Positions 29,127 to 39,551 of a stretch of DNA of 64,000 nt are shown piece after piece. The translations under genes were made by a program, and so were the position numbers. The DNA is from Patescibacteria group bacterium (GTDB lineage: Bacteria > Patescibacteriota > Dojkabacteria > J137), in contig CAUJCN010000002.1 in NCBI GenBank assembly GCA_963169855.1, forward strand, positions 197,508 through 261,507, read 5' to 3'. The notes under the pieces were generated by a model. It saw only the letters and a list, made by a program, of their open reading frames with translations, ran no database searches and was not told the origin of the DNA. The first letter of the stretch is position 1; every line of letters begins with the position of its first letter.

Positions 29127-31338
29127 AGACTTTGTCTTTTCTTCTTTTTCTTAAATAATTCCTAGCGCTTCCAAAAACGATTACCGAAGCAATTGGCAAT
29201 CCAAAAGCTGCAATGAACAATGTACTAATTTGAGCCTCATCTGGAGTAAATCTGACAACCTGTCTAATTTTTGATCGAAGCTCTGTTAGACTCTGTTCCT
29301 TACTCAACCATTCCAAAGAATTAATCAAGAATGTAAATACTAGTTGGTCTTGTGAATCTCTTTGAACGAGCGATGTAATAATATCGTCCGAGAATACGTC
29401 TGAATCTCCAACAACAATTGCTCTTGATTCACCTTTCTCTAAAGACGCTGCGATAGTTAAAGATTTATCATTCTCTCTTTCCGAGAACATTCTTTGAACC
29501 GAAACATCCAAAGTATCTTTATTTTCTGTGTTCGATTGAGTAGACGTTACATACAAAGGAGTTACAGTTACACCTTCCGCAGTGCCTATTGTTAAAGAAT
29601 TGCTCCATAAAATTGGAAGTGATGGTGCACCCTGAGTAATTTCGTTATTTGAATCTGGTCTAGTTGGAAGAATCCAGAATGGATAATCAATAGGTACTTG
29701 AAATAAACCATTATTAATACTTACTACATTATTTTGAAGTAAATCGTATGCTACTTCGTTATTCACTTCGATTCCGTATTCTGAGAAGAGTTTAGCTAAA
29801 GTGAATTCTGTTTCTGTTCCACCAACATCGCCTGTTTCACTAATTTCCAAAGTATCCTGAAGAAGCATTATTGATCCACCTCTTTCGAAGAATGCTTTAA
29901 TTTCATTTACCACGGAGTCATCCAATTGTTGGTTCACGCTTGGAATTAATAACACTTTTAAATCCTCAGGTAGCGTTAGTGATCCATCCTCAATTTTAAT
30001 TTGTTCGAAATCAAACAACTTTCCGATTTCAGATCTAACTATAGTATAAGTAGAATCCAATGTATGTTTAGTCCCAGTAGCCAAAACTCCGATCTTTAGT
30101 TTATTTAAACCTGCCAAAGCTTTGATTTTTGTTGTAATTTGAAACTCCAAATCATTTGATGCAGAGGTAATATTGATCACCTCTTTGGTCCCTTTGTAAT
30201 CAATTACAATACCAAAGTACCCAACTACACTCTGAGAAGAGTCTTCCGAATTAATTTGAAACAAGATTTCCTGTAATCCAGCATCAGAAGCTTCGTTTCT
30301 TGAATCCTCTGACGAGCTTGTGTTTATTCTTTCATAATCAATTTTACCTGGCAAGAATCTTGCATAGTCAGTTAGTAAATCGTTTATGCTTTTTTGAGTT
30401 GATTGTAATTCGCCTGGAAGATTTCCTGAGGTATAGAATTTTATGCTTACTTCTTCAGGCACTTGGCTAACAATATTTTTTGTTGCTTCTGATAATGAGT
30501 ATCGTTTATCTGAAGTTAAATCAATTCTAAAATACACATTTTGAAATAGAAAAATAATTCCAAACCCTAAAACGATTGTTAGTGCTAAATTTACATACAA
30601 TTTCTTGAACATTTCGCTCTTCTTCGAAAGAATCTCAGACTTAATTCCCCAATGAGCAAGTACAAAGAAAATCAGAATGAATCCAGCAAAGAAACTTAAA
30701 TCTTTTATGTCAAAAACTCCGTTAGACAAGCTCTGGTAATGAAATAGGATACTCAAATTCTGAAATGTATCTCTAGCAAATGTTGGAATAATATTTAACC
30801 AGTCTGTTCCTCCTAAAATTAAAAGTAGACTTAAAATCAAAGTAATAAGAAAAGAGGGAATTTCTGAATTAAAGAAGGTAGATACCCAGATTCCTAGTGA
30901 TAATAATGCGGAAGCAAACAAAACGATTCCCACATACTGAGCGAAAACTTGACCCAGGTCTAATGGAACAATTAAACCTACACTTAGTACAAATGGGATT
31001 GTTAAAAGTAACAAAACTGAAATCAATCCTAAGTAGGCTGTAAATTTTCCTAAGATAATATCTCTAACTTTTACTGGTATCGTAAGTAGATACTCATAAG
31101 TTCCTGTTCCTTTTTCTCGAGCAAAAGCACCCATTGTTAACGTCGGAACAATGAATGTCATTGTAATTGCCATCGCATTAAACAACTGAGTTGTATCCGC
31201 AGTTCCAAATTTTAGATACTGAAAAGCAAAGAATAGTATTAGGAATGTTACAAGGAAAAAAACTCCTGCAACAACGTAGAATGTTGGTGTATTAAGAAAA
31301 CTTTTGATTTCTTTTTTTGCGATACTTAAAAATTTCAT
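29116..31338 (-). CDS. GldF/GldG-like ABC permease fused to auxiliary domain
   Basis: KEIKSFL.TP, EK.TGT.E.LLT.P, RIDLTSDKRYSLS, GDSD. Confidence 0.85.
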   Translation of the reverse strand: MKFLSIAKKEIKSFLNTPTFYVVAGVFFLVTFLILFFAFQYLKFGTADTTQLFNAMAITMTFIVPTLTMGAFAREKGTGTYEYLLTIPVKVRDIILGKFTAYLGLISVLLLLTIPFVLSVGLIVPLDLGQVFAQYVGIVLFASALLSLGIWVSTFFNSEIPSFLITLILSLLLILGGTDWLNIIPTFARDTFQNLSILFHYQSLSNGVFDIKDLSFFAGFILIFFVLAHWGIKSEILSKKSEMFKKLYVNLALTIVLGFGIIFLFQNVYFRIDLTSDKRYSLSEATKNIVSQVPEEVSIKFYTSGNLPGELQSTQKSINDLLTDYARFLPGKIDYERINTSSSEDSRNEASDAGLQEILFQINSEDSSQSVVGYFGIVIDYKGTKEVINITSASNDLEFQITTKIKALAGLNKLKIGVLATGTKHTLDSTYTIVRSEIGKLFDFEQIKIEDGSLTLPEDLKVLLIPSVNQQLDDSVVNEIKAFFERGGSIMLLQDTLEISETGDVGGTETEFTLAKLFSEYGIEVNNEVAYDLLQNNVVSINNGLFQVPIDYPFWILPTRPDSNNEITQGAPSLPILWSNSLTIGTAEGVTVTPLYVTSTQSNTENKDTLDVSVQRMFSERENDKSLTIAASLEKGESRAIVVGDSDVFSDDIITSLVQRDSQDQLVFTFLINSLEWLSKEQSLTELRSKIRQVVRFTPDEAQISTLFIAAFGLPIASVIVFGSARNYLRKRRKDKVYEG

Positions 31339-32237
31339 TCTTTTAGTTTAATGAATAATTCTTCTAGATTTGTATTTCCTGGCTGCATGCTTACAACATT
31401 CAAACTATTTTCTCTTAAGACTTTGTTAATTTTGACAATTTCGTCATTACCAGATTTAACTTTCAATGAAAGCTTTGTACCTTCTTTAGATTCTTCGATC
31501 GATGGTTCAAATTCTGCAAATAGTTCTTTTTTCACTTTATCTTCAAGTATATGAATATTGTAACGAGATGAGTTTTCTCTTAAAGATTGTAGACTTCCAT
31601 CCGCAATAATTTTCCCTTTATTAATAAGGATAATTCTAGAACAAAGTGCATCTACTTCCTGAAGAACGTGCGTACTTACTAAGACTAAGCTATCTTCTGC
31701 TAATGACTTAATTAAATTTCGAATTTCATTTCTTTGTAAAGGGTCAAGACCTTCCGTAGGTTCATCGAGAATTATAATTTTAGGTTTTCCAATAATCGCA
31801 ATCGCTATTCCTAATCTTTGTTTATAGCCTTTTGATAATTCAGAAACTCTTTTGAAAAAAACTTCACTTATCCCTGTAGCTTTAACTACCCTATCTATTT
31901 CCGATTTTCGCGTTTCAACTTCGGAGATTCCTTTAAAATCCAACGCAGAATTAATACTATCTTGAACACTCAATTCTTTGTAAAGTGGATTACTTTCAGG
32001 CATGAACCCAACATTGTTTTTATAATCTTCAAAATTCTCGTAAATGGATTTGCCTTCAAACTCTACTTTTCCTGAATCAGAAAAGAAATATCCTGCAAGA
32101 ACTCTCATTGTTGTAGTTTTACCCGCCCCGTTTGGACCTAAAAGACCAACTACTTCACCTTTGCTAAGTTCGAAGGATAAGTCACTTAAAACTTCCCTAT
32201 CTCCTAAAATTTTTGAAACTTTTTCTAGTTTAAGCAT
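31335..32237 (-). CDS. ABC transporter ATP-binding protein (GldA-like)
   Basis: GPNGAGKTT, LSKGYKQR, LDEPTEGLDP. Confidence 0.95.
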   Translation of the reverse strand: MLKLEKVSKILGDREVLSDLSFELSKGEVVGLLGPNGAGKTTTMRVLAGYFFSDSGKVEFEGKSIYENFEDYKNNVGFMPESNPLYKELSVQDSINSALDFKGISEVETRKSEIDRVVKATGISEVFFKRVSELSKGYKQRLGIAIAIIGKPKIIILDEPTEGLDPLQRNEIRNLIKSLAEDSLVLVSTHVLQEVDALCSRIILINKGKIIADGSLQSLRENSSRYNIHILEDKVKKELFAEFEPSIEESKEGTKLSLKVKSGNDEIVKINKVLRENSLNVVSMQPGNTNLEELFIKLKE

Positions 32238-32239
32238 TT

Positions 32240-33271
32240 TTAAAATAATGATGGTTCATCTAAAGGTGTCATTTCTGGTTCAGAAACTTTTGTCTCTGGA
32301 GTATCTTTATCCTGCTTTTTAATTCTTTCTTTTTTCCATAATCTTACTCCTCCAAGCCACTTATTGTAATCAGAGAATTCTTCTCCTTCTGTAATTCTTG
32401 TTGTAGCTGTATCTGCAGTTCTTGTTTTTGCAGATAGATTATCTATATTTGTTAACGCCAAGGCTTCTGTAGTTGCTGGCAATACTGGGCTTCCAAATTC
32501 GTGAGAACCATGATGAGATAAGATCAAATGACAAATATGTTCAAAAGTATCGTGATCGATTTTGCCTTCTGCATATTTTGTGAACATAAGCATTCCCAAG
32601 TTAATATGTCCCATTAGAGTTCCTGTTGTTGAATATTTAACACCAATTCCAGAATAGTCAAATTCCTGAACTTTACCAATGTCATGCAATACAATTCCTG
32701 CTGTCAAAACGTCGTAATTGATTGTTGGGTAGAATCTTTTGAGTGATCTAGAAATTTCCAACATTTCTAAAATGTGTTGTAAAAGTCCTGATCTAAATTC
32801 ATGGTGAACAGTTTTGCTCGCTGGAAGATATTTTAGAATTTCGCTTGTTGTTTTATTGTTTACTATTTCTAGAACAACTTTTTTAAGCTTAGCATCTTTG
32901 ATTGTATTAATTTCTTTTATAAGCTCTTCCCACATTTCTTCTGCTGGAATTACGCTGCTTTCTAAGAAATTATCAAAATTTGTTTCGTCCGAAGTTCGTG
33001 CATCTGTAACGTTCATTTGGAAAACTCCTTTAAATTCTTCAATTTTTGCGCTTAGTGTTAATAAATTTCCTGGAGTAAAAATTGCTTTGTCTAGAAAATT
33101 TAATTTATCTGCCCAGACTTTTCCTTCGATTCGTCCAGTATTATCCATCAATGTTACTTTGCAGTATTCATTTCCATTTTTATCTAATGCTCTATCTGAT
33201 TCTAAAACCAAAAAGTCTTCGTCAAAAAGAGAATCCCCTTTCTTAAGATCTTTTACAAAAATATTTTTCAT
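32240..33271 (-). CDS. yhaM: 3'-5' exoribonuclease YhaM (OB + HD)
   Basis: HHEF.SGLL.H, LHDIGK, GHI, SHHG..EFGSP. Confidence 0.9.
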   Translation of the reverse strand: MKNIFVKDLKKGDSLFDEDFLVLESDRALDKNGNEYCKVTLMDNTGRIEGKVWADKLNFLDKAIFTPGNLLTLSAKIEEFKGVFQMNVTDARTSDETNFDNFLESSVIPAEEMWEELIKEINTIKDAKLKKVVLEIVNNKTTSEILKYLPASKTVHHEFRSGLLQHILEMLEISRSLKRFYPTINYDVLTAGIVLHDIGKVQEFDYSGIGVKYSTTGTLMGHINLGMLMFTKYAEGKIDHDTFEHICHLILSHHGSHEFGSPVLPATTEALALTNIDNLSAKTRTADTATTRITEGEEFSDYNKWLGGVRLWKKERIKKQDKDTPETKVSEPEMTPLDEPSLF

Positions 33272-33277
33272 TTGGAA

Positions 33278-33550
33278 TTATTTTATGTATATAAAATAGT
33301 ATAACCAGTATAGCACTACTGTTACTATTTCGAACACGATCGAGAAGATCTGAATGATTACTCGGCCACCTCGCAATATTAATGCGTTACCGAAGATTTT
33401 AAAGAGTTGCCACAAGATTGAAAAAATATTTACGATTGTTAATACAATCGCTACTGCAAGAAATGCTCCTTGTAATCCAATTGCTGTTTGAGAAAGCAAA
33501 TAAATTGCTGCAATAGGAATTCCAATATTTCTTAAAAGTAAACCAAACAT
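33278..33550 (-). CDS. small membrane protein
   Basis: hydrophobic ORF at the head of the yhaM operon. Confidence 0.65.
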   Translation of the reverse strand: MFGLLLRNIGIPIAAIYLLSQTAIGLQGAFLAVAIVLTIVNIFSILWQLFKIFGNALILRGGRVIIQIFSIVFEIVTVVLYWLYYFIYIK

Positions 33551-33671
33551 ATATTAAAGTATAAGAATTAGGTTAAGGTAGAAGGCTTTTTAGAATTTCT
33601 TAGTCTTCCTCTCATCCTTTACCTCTTTTTAGTATACATTGGTGTACGCTAAGTTGAAAGTGAGAAGCTGA

Positions 33672-34412
33672 TTACTCTTGGAGCAAATTTGAAAGAGTCT
33701 TGTCTCTAGAATTTAGAAAATGTTTTGTAAGCTGATAATGTTCTGTATCTTCGTAAGCTACTTGTTGAATCGACTTTTCATCAATATGATAAATGTCCGC
33801 AGAGGGATAACCTAACAATATTGGCGAATGTGTCGCAATAATAAATTGGGAATTCTTCTTTATTAATTCGTCGATCAGAACTAACAATTTGAGCTGATTC
33901 TTCGGTGATAAAGCTGATTCTGGCTCATCTAGTATATATAGACCATTTCCCTTAAATCGATTCTCAATTAATGATAGGAAAGATTCTCCCCGTGATTGAT
34001 TATGCAATGACTTACCACCGTAAATAGAACTATCTGAATAACCTAAATTATCAACTTCTGTAGATACATTGTAAAAAGTCTCTGCTCGAAAGAAGAACCC
34101 ATCTTTAGGCAATGTTAACCCTTTCTTTAATTTAAGATATTCGTGCAGATCGGAATGAGTTTCCTTTGTACTAAATTGAAAGTTCCTTGAACCTCCTTCA
34201 GCATTAAATCCTAATGATATTGCTATCGCTTCTAAGAGTGTTGATTTACCTGAACCGTTTTCTCCTACAAAGAAAGTAACCTTAGGATTAAAAATAATAT
34301 TTGATAAATTCTTGACTACTGGTAGATTAAATGGATAATCTTTATGAGCAATGTCTTTTTGAATTGAAACCTCAAGAAGGAAATGTGTAGAGTCAATTGT
34401 TTTCATTATCAT
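33672..34412 (-). CDS. AAA/ABC-type ATPase (COG3910-like)
   Basis: GENGSGKST, GFNAEGGS, SRGESF, LDEPESALSP. Confidence 0.9.
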   Translation of the reverse strand: MIMKTIDSTHFLLEVSIQKDIAHKDYPFNLPVVKNLSNIIFNPKVTFFVGENGSGKSTLLEAIAISLGFNAEGGSRNFQFSTKETHSDLHEYLKLKKGLTLPKDGFFFRAETFYNVSTEVDNLGYSDSSIYGGKSLHNQSRGESFLSLIENRFKGNGLYILDEPESALSPKNQLKLLVLIDELIKKNSQFIIATHSPILLGYPSADIYHIDEKSIQQVAYEDTEHYQLTKHFLNSRDKTLSNLLQE

Positions 34413-34992
34413 CTATTTTATCACAGAGAAAATCTGCAAAGGACTTTAATTCTTTCTGAGATTCCATTAACCAACTTCTATACCTAGCCTTTGAGAGTAA
34501 TTCCGTAAAGATCTCATCTTCAATAACAAGCCTATAACCTCCAAACCCATCTCCAATAGGGTTAATTGTGAGCCTGACATGATTATTTTTATGAATCTTG
34601 TAAAATTCATAAATAAACCTACTTAGTCTGTATGCTTCATCTTTATTGAATTGTTTAAACTTTTCAACAAAAGTTTCGTATTTAGATTGATAATTTCGAT
34701 TGTTAGGATATTTCTGTATTGAGTTTAAAGCATTAAGAAAAGCTGAGCTACTCTCCAGTTTTTCCGATTCTTTTGAGGATATTTGAACGTATGGTGTCTG
34801 ACCAGTCAAATGCCCACTGCATGAACTAGTTGTTTCAAATCCTAAGGATCTTAAGATAGCAACTATATAACGTATACCTTTATCTATTGGAAGGTTTAGA
34901 CCATCAATAATGTTCAAAACCTCGTCATAGTTTCTTTGTAGTTTTTTTGATGTGAATTTCATATTATTTGTAGGATCGGTAGTGGCGTTCAA
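34393..34992 (-). CDS. hypothetical protein with TYW3-like D..I...TTSSCSGH motif
   Basis: IDKGIRYIV..L..LGFETTSSCSGH. Confidence 0.6.
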   Translation of the reverse strand: MNATTDPTNNMKFTSKKLQRNYDEVLNIIDGLNLPIDKGIRYIVAILRSLGFETTSSCSGHLTGQTPYVQISSKESEKLESSSAFLNALNSIQKYPNNRNYQSKYETFVEKFKQFNKDEAYRLSRFIYEFYKIHKNNHVRLTINPIGDGFGGYRLVIEDEIFTELLSKARYRSWLMESQKELKSFADFLCDKIDDNENN

Positions 34993-34995
34993 GTA

Positions 34996-35229
34996 TTACT
35001 TGACCGGGGGATTCACCCCGCTGCCGCGACAAACGCGGCAGACGCCTTTGCCCGGAACTGCACAGGAAGGACACTGATGTTCTTGTCCACCGGGAGCCTT
35101 TTTACGGATCCTCCCAGTTCCTGAGCAAACGTTGCACTTGCCATTGCCATTACATCCGGTACACTTAGCCACGCTAAATCCTTTCATGTAAATGCCAGAT
35201 GGCATATCATCTCTATATACTAAGTACAA
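34996..35229 (-). CDS. small DnaJ-type zinc-finger protein
   Basis: CTGCNGNG, CNVCSGTG, CPSC, CRVCRGSG; start uncertain. Confidence 0.75.
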   Translation of the reverse strand: MYLVYRDDMPSGIYMKGFSVAKCTGCNGNGKCNVCSGTGRIRKKAPGGQEHQCPSCAVPGKGVCRVCRGSGVNPPVK

Positions 35230-35296
35230 GTTGATGACAATACGCTCATAACGTTCTTAAAATATAGACTATTCCTTATCATGTTAAAATAGTTCA

Positions 35297-36310
35297 ATGC
35301 AGATTCAATCTAACTGGAAATTAAGAGCAATTCTCATAGGTTTCATCGCTCTATTCCTTGCGTACAGATTATTCGATATAGAAAGTTTCTTAACTTACGA
35401 TCTGAATGGAATTCAAATTGGCTATAGGATCAATGATTTAGTAACAACTTTCAGAAGTATTTTGATTCAGTCTTTTCCATTTTTGGTTATCGGATCTTTA
35501 GTTTCAGCTGTAGTTGCAGTGTTTATAAAAGAAGAATGGCTTTTGAAGATTATTCCTAAAAATAGATTTTTATCTCACCTCGTTGTTTCTCTTCTGGGAT
35601 TTCTGATGCCTGTTTGTGAATGCGGAAATGTCCCTGTAGCAAGGCGATTCATGCTTCAAGGTTTTAAAGTTTCTCACGCTGTTACGTTCTTAATGTCGGC
35701 TCCTATTTTGAACCCGATAACTTTGTGGAGTACCTATGAAGCTTTCCGAGGTGTTTATCAAAATGATTTAATGGTCTGGTCAAGAATTATTGCAGGATTA
35801 GTTATCGCTAATGGACTCGGATTGATTATTAGCTACAAAAGAAATCAGTTCTCCCTTTTAACAGAGAAGTTCTACAAGGAAGTTTGCGAACATCCTCAAG
35901 AACCTAAAAAAGAAAAAATTGATAATTTTACACAGACTTTTGCAAAAGAATTTACGACAGTTGCGACTGCATTGATTATTGGTGCATTCTTAGCAACATT
36001 GTTCCAACTTCTACCAAGAGAATTTATTCTTGCAGTTGGACAAAGCCCGTTGATAGCAATTCTAGCAATGATTTTATACTCTTTCATAATCTCTGTTTGC
36101 TCTAATGTAGATTCATTCTTAGTAATCCGATATACATCAACATTTAGTCCTGGCGCAATCGCATCTTACTTAACGTTTGGTCCACTGATTGATATAAAAA
36201 TGCTTACAATGCTGAGATCTTCGTTCAAAGTCAAAACATTGTTATTCTTTACAGTTTTCATTTTATTAACATCGATAATTACTGGTTTGTTAGTTAATTT
36301 ACTAATATGA
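35297..36310 (+). CDS. DUF318/YcgR-type permease
   Basis: PVCECGNVPVARR, APILNP, SVCSNVDSF, FGPLIDIK. Confidence 0.9.
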   Translation: MQIQSNWKLRAILIGFIALFLAYRLFDIESFLTYDLNGIQIGYRINDLVTTFRSILIQSFPFLVIGSLVSAVVAVFIKEEWLLKIIPKNRFLSHLVVSLLGFLMPVCECGNVPVARRFMLQGFKVSHAVTFLMSAPILNPITLWSTYEAFRGVYQNDLMVWSRIIAGLVIANGLGLIISYKRNQFSLLTEKFYKEVCEHPQEPKKEKIDNFTQTFAKEFTTVATALIIGAFLATLFQLLPREFILAVGQSPLIAILAMILYSFIISVCSNVDSFLVIRYTSTFSPGAIASYLTFGPLIDIKMLTMLRSSFKVKTLLFFTVFILLTSIITGLLVNLLI

Positions 36311-37110
36311 TTTTCGGATATTTGTTTTCAATAATTTTTGGCGGATGGATTTTATTTGCACACTTTGTTCAGAATAATTTATCTATCTATACTTCCGACA
36401 GGTATTATTCTTTAATATTGATTGCAGGATTTGTTTCAATAGTTATAGGAATTGTTGGATTGGTTTTGAATCGAAGCAAATTGAATGAATACAACTCTCC
36501 AGATACATTTACACTTTTAGCAACTCTGATAGCAGGAATTCTTTTCTCACCTATTCTTTTGATATTTTCGATCTTCATTTTGGTTGTTCCTCAATTTAAG
36601 TTTAAATTAACTGCTAACTTTATATTTTTAGCAGTTATTGCAACAAGCGTTATTTTCCCAACTAAAGGGATTTCTCCTGCACTTGCCGAAGAACGTGCCG
36701 AGGAATTAAATACTGTGAATATTCAAGGAGGAAGTAGAATTTTGAACAATTTTGCGGTTTCGACAGATAAATACGGAATTGGTGATTGGCTTGCTTCTAT
36801 GGCCTACAACGGAGATCCTCAATTCTATAACGGCAAAAGTGTTAGCGTTGATGGATTTATTTTTAGAACAGCTAATCTAGCTGAAAATGAATTTTTTGTT
36901 GCCAGATACACAATCCGTTGTTGTGTCGCAGATGCAGCTCCGGTTGGGTTAAAAGTAAAGTTTGATCTTGACGATAATTTCAAAATAGGTGATTGGGTTA
37001 ACATAAAAGGTATTTTTGAAGTAGATAGCTCTAAAGGTTATGAAGAAAACATAATTATTCCAACGGAAGTTAACTCTATTCCTGTTCCAGAAAAACAATA
37101 TATTTTCTAA
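36307..37110 (+). CDS. TIGR03943/YcgQ (DUF1980) permease partner
   Basis: ARYTIRCCVADA, GDWV.IKG. Confidence 0.9.
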   Translation: MIFGYLFSIIFGGWILFAHFVQNNLSIYTSDRYYSLILIAGFVSIVIGIVGLVLNRSKLNEYNSPDTFTLLATLIAGILFSPILLIFSIFILVVPQFKFKLTANFIFLAVIATSVIFPTKGISPALAEERAEELNTVNIQGGSRILNNFAVSTDKYGIGDWLASMAYNGDPQFYNGKSVSVDGFIFRTANLAENEFFVARYTIRCCVADAAPVGLKVKFDLDDNFKIGDWVNIKGIFEVDSSKGYEENIIIPTEVNSIPVPEKQYIF

Positions 37111-38480
37111 TGAAAAAAACTATAGAAACAATAACAATCGGAATCCTTTTAATAGCAGTATTAGTTCTGAGTATCATTTCACTGAATACTGATTTCAGAG
37201 TTTCTGGTTACAATGTATATACGAATAGAAATGTGGTCAGCTTGTTCTTTAACGAACCAGTTTCTAAAGATTTGAATTTGAATGACTATATTTCTGTTTC
37301 GCCAGAAAGTTCTTTTAAAGTTACTAACTTGGGAAATCGAGCAGAAATTATCTTTGATCATATTTTATTAGGAACAAAATACGAGATATCAGTTTCTAAC
37401 TCCTTATTAAATATTTTTGGGAAAGCTATAAAGGAAAATTCATCAGTTAGTTTTAACTCTAAACACCCAACTCTTGCTTTCTACAACAAGGATGGAAATA
37501 CTTCTTTCATAAAAAGTTACGATTTACAAAGACAACACGAAGAAATTCTTTATTCTACAGAAAATGTGATCAAAGGATTCTCTATAAAAAATAATTTTCT
37601 TTTAGTTAACGAACAACCTAGTTTAACTGATACAAAGCTAGTGCTTATAAATGTGAGTTCCAAGCAAACTATTAAAACAATTGAGTTAGAAGGAAAAACT
37701 TCATTCAAAGCAGATCTTGCTGCTGATGGAAGTTTCTTTGTTTACATGAGTCAAAATGTTCGTGCCGAATCGGATTTTGTTATACCACTTGGTCCTAATG
37801 AATTAACTTTGGTAAATATTAATAACAATTCAGTTGCCGATATAAATTTCAGAAAAATTACAGAAGACGTTTTGGATGTATTTGTAACACCTGATAGTAG
37901 CGCTCTTTTGATCAGAGGATACGATTCAACATTCTATATAAAATCTGCGCACGAAGACGATGAACCTGTAACGCTTTCTAAATTCATTGGAACTGGCGGT
38001 TTCGACAACAAGGGTCAGCGAGTAATATTCTCTTCTTTTGATCCAACACAAGTTTTTACTTCTTATCCTTTCATTACAATTTATAATTCTGATAGAACTA
38101 CCGAAGATATTAGATTCACAGAAGCATTCATAACCGATCCGACTTTCTATGAAGAGAACTCTGTAATGTACGCAAAGAAACTGAAGGATTTGAACGGAAC
38201 TCCAGGAATTTTTGGAATTTTTAAATACGTTGAGGGGCAAGAAACATCTGTACTAGAATCTCCAGATCTTTATGAAAGTTTTGAATTGCCAAAACTGAGT
38301 TCAGACAGCCAATACATCTGTTACGAAAGATATTCACAGATGGCACTTTTAGATTTTAATAATCAAAGAAACTTTATTAATCAGCGAAAACCTAAGGATG
38401 CAGACATTTCTGTTCGTAAGTTTGGAGCAACTTCTGATCAGATTACTTTCGAAAATGCATACGATTGTCAGTGGTACTAG
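37110..38480 (+). CDS. secreted Ig-like plus beta-propeller (TolB-like) protein
   Basis: TM, FNEPV...ISVSP Ig-like domain, repeated SxDG-like blades. Confidence 0.6.
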   Translation: MKKTIETITIGILLIAVLVLSIISLNTDFRVSGYNVYTNRNVVSLFFNEPVSKDLNLNDYISVSPESSFKVTNLGNRAEIIFDHILLGTKYEISVSNSLLNIFGKAIKENSSVSFNSKHPTLAFYNKDGNTSFIKSYDLQRQHEEILYSTENVIKGFSIKNNFLLVNEQPSLTDTKLVLINVSSKQTIKTIELEGKTSFKADLAADGSFFVYMSQNVRAESDFVIPLGPNELTLVNINNNSVADINFRKITEDVLDVFVTPDSSALLIRGYDSTFYIKSAHEDDEPVTLSKFIGTGGFDNKGQRVIFSSFDPTQVFTSYPFITIYNSDRTTEDIRFTEAFITDPTFYEENSVMYAKKLKDLNGTPGIFGIFKYVEGQETSVLESPDLYESFELPKLSSDSQYICYERYSQMALLDFNNQRNFINQRKPKDADISVRKFGATSDQITFENAYDCQWY

Positions 38481-38600
38481 GGGCTGTGAGCTATGGGCTG
38501 TGAGTTTTGAGATTCGAAACTTGAATCTTGAATCTTTTAGTCTTTTCGCCTTTTAATCTTTAACCTTTTTCTCTTTTACCTTAGACCTTTTTGCCTTTTT
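38481..38600. repeat. degenerate 7-8-mer tandem array
   Basis: GCTGTGA/GCTATGG, TTGAATC x2, CTTTTAG/CTTTTCG/CTTTTAA units. Confidence 0.75.
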
Positions 38601-38632
38601 AATTTATACTGAACAAAGTAATACACAATAAT

Positions 38633-39544
38633 ATGAAATTAGCTTTAAAGACATTCAACACATTAGCAATACTTCTTCTTTTAACAACACTAATCGGAGT
38701 TTTATCAAGAGTGAATGCTCAGACAGGTGGAATCTCTATGACTCCTGTAGAAACAGAAATTAGAGCAACTCAAGGTGACCCAGCAAGTGGATCTTTTGTG
38801 ATAACAAATAACCACGATAAGACCTTGGGTTTCTTAGTTAATTATGGAGAAGTACAAGATGATAAAGTTACCGAAGTTGCTGATTCTGCAAGTTTCTTAG
38901 CAGCAGATGTTCGAAGTTTCGTTTTACAACCTGGACAAAGTCAAACAATCAATTTCTCATTCACTGTGCCTTCAACTCAAGTAGACGGATTCTACGTACC
39001 AGTTGTAATTGTTCGAGGATCTGAGGAGTCCGAAGGGGCAGCTGTGGTTGCCGCGATTGGTCATAGAATAAATTTATTTGTATCTGGAAATGGTCAATAC
39101 AAATCAGCAATCCAACTTAATAGCTTTGACTATACCGATTCGAATTCTTTTGACAGCAATATCTCTGTAGATGTTAACTATACAAATGCTGGAACTTATC
39201 CTAGTAAGATTTTAGGTAGATTCCAAATTGTAGATCAGAATGGAAATGTTCTTTATCAAAGAGTTATTAACGAAGGATTAAAATACCTTTCGGCTGGAAA
39301 TTCCCTAGACGAAACATTCAGTTTTGATTTTAATATCCTAGACACCATTACTTCTGCACAAAAAACTGCTGAATTGCAACTGACAGATACGTATACAGGT
39401 CAGACGCAAGTTTTCAGATTAGATATTACAACCCAAAATAAAACTTTGTACGTTCTGATTGGAGGAGGTGTAGGGATTATTCTGCTTACGTTAGTGGGGG
39501 GATCCGCATCTAGAAGAAGAAAGAAAAATTTATCTAATAAATAA
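38633..39544 (+). CDS. DUF916/WxL-partner-like surface protein
   Basis: signal peptide, F.I.N...L.PGQS..I.F..TVP.....G.Y, NAGT, C-terminal TM with basic tail. Confidence 0.6.
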   Translation: MKLALKTFNTLAILLLLTTLIGVLSRVNAQTGGISMTPVETEIRATQGDPASGSFVITNNHDKTLGFLVNYGEVQDDKVTEVADSASFLAADVRSFVLQPGQSQTINFSFTVPSTQVDGFYVPVVIVRGSEESEGAAVVAAIGHRINLFVSGNGQYKSAIQLNSFDYTDSNSFDSNISVDVNYTNAGTYPSKILGRFQIVDQNGNVLYQRVINEGLKYLSAGNSLDETFSFDFNILDTITSAQKTAELQLTDTYTGQTQVFRLDITTQNKTLYVLIGGGVGIILLTLVGGSASRRRKKNLSNK

Positions 39545-39551
39545 ACTCCGT

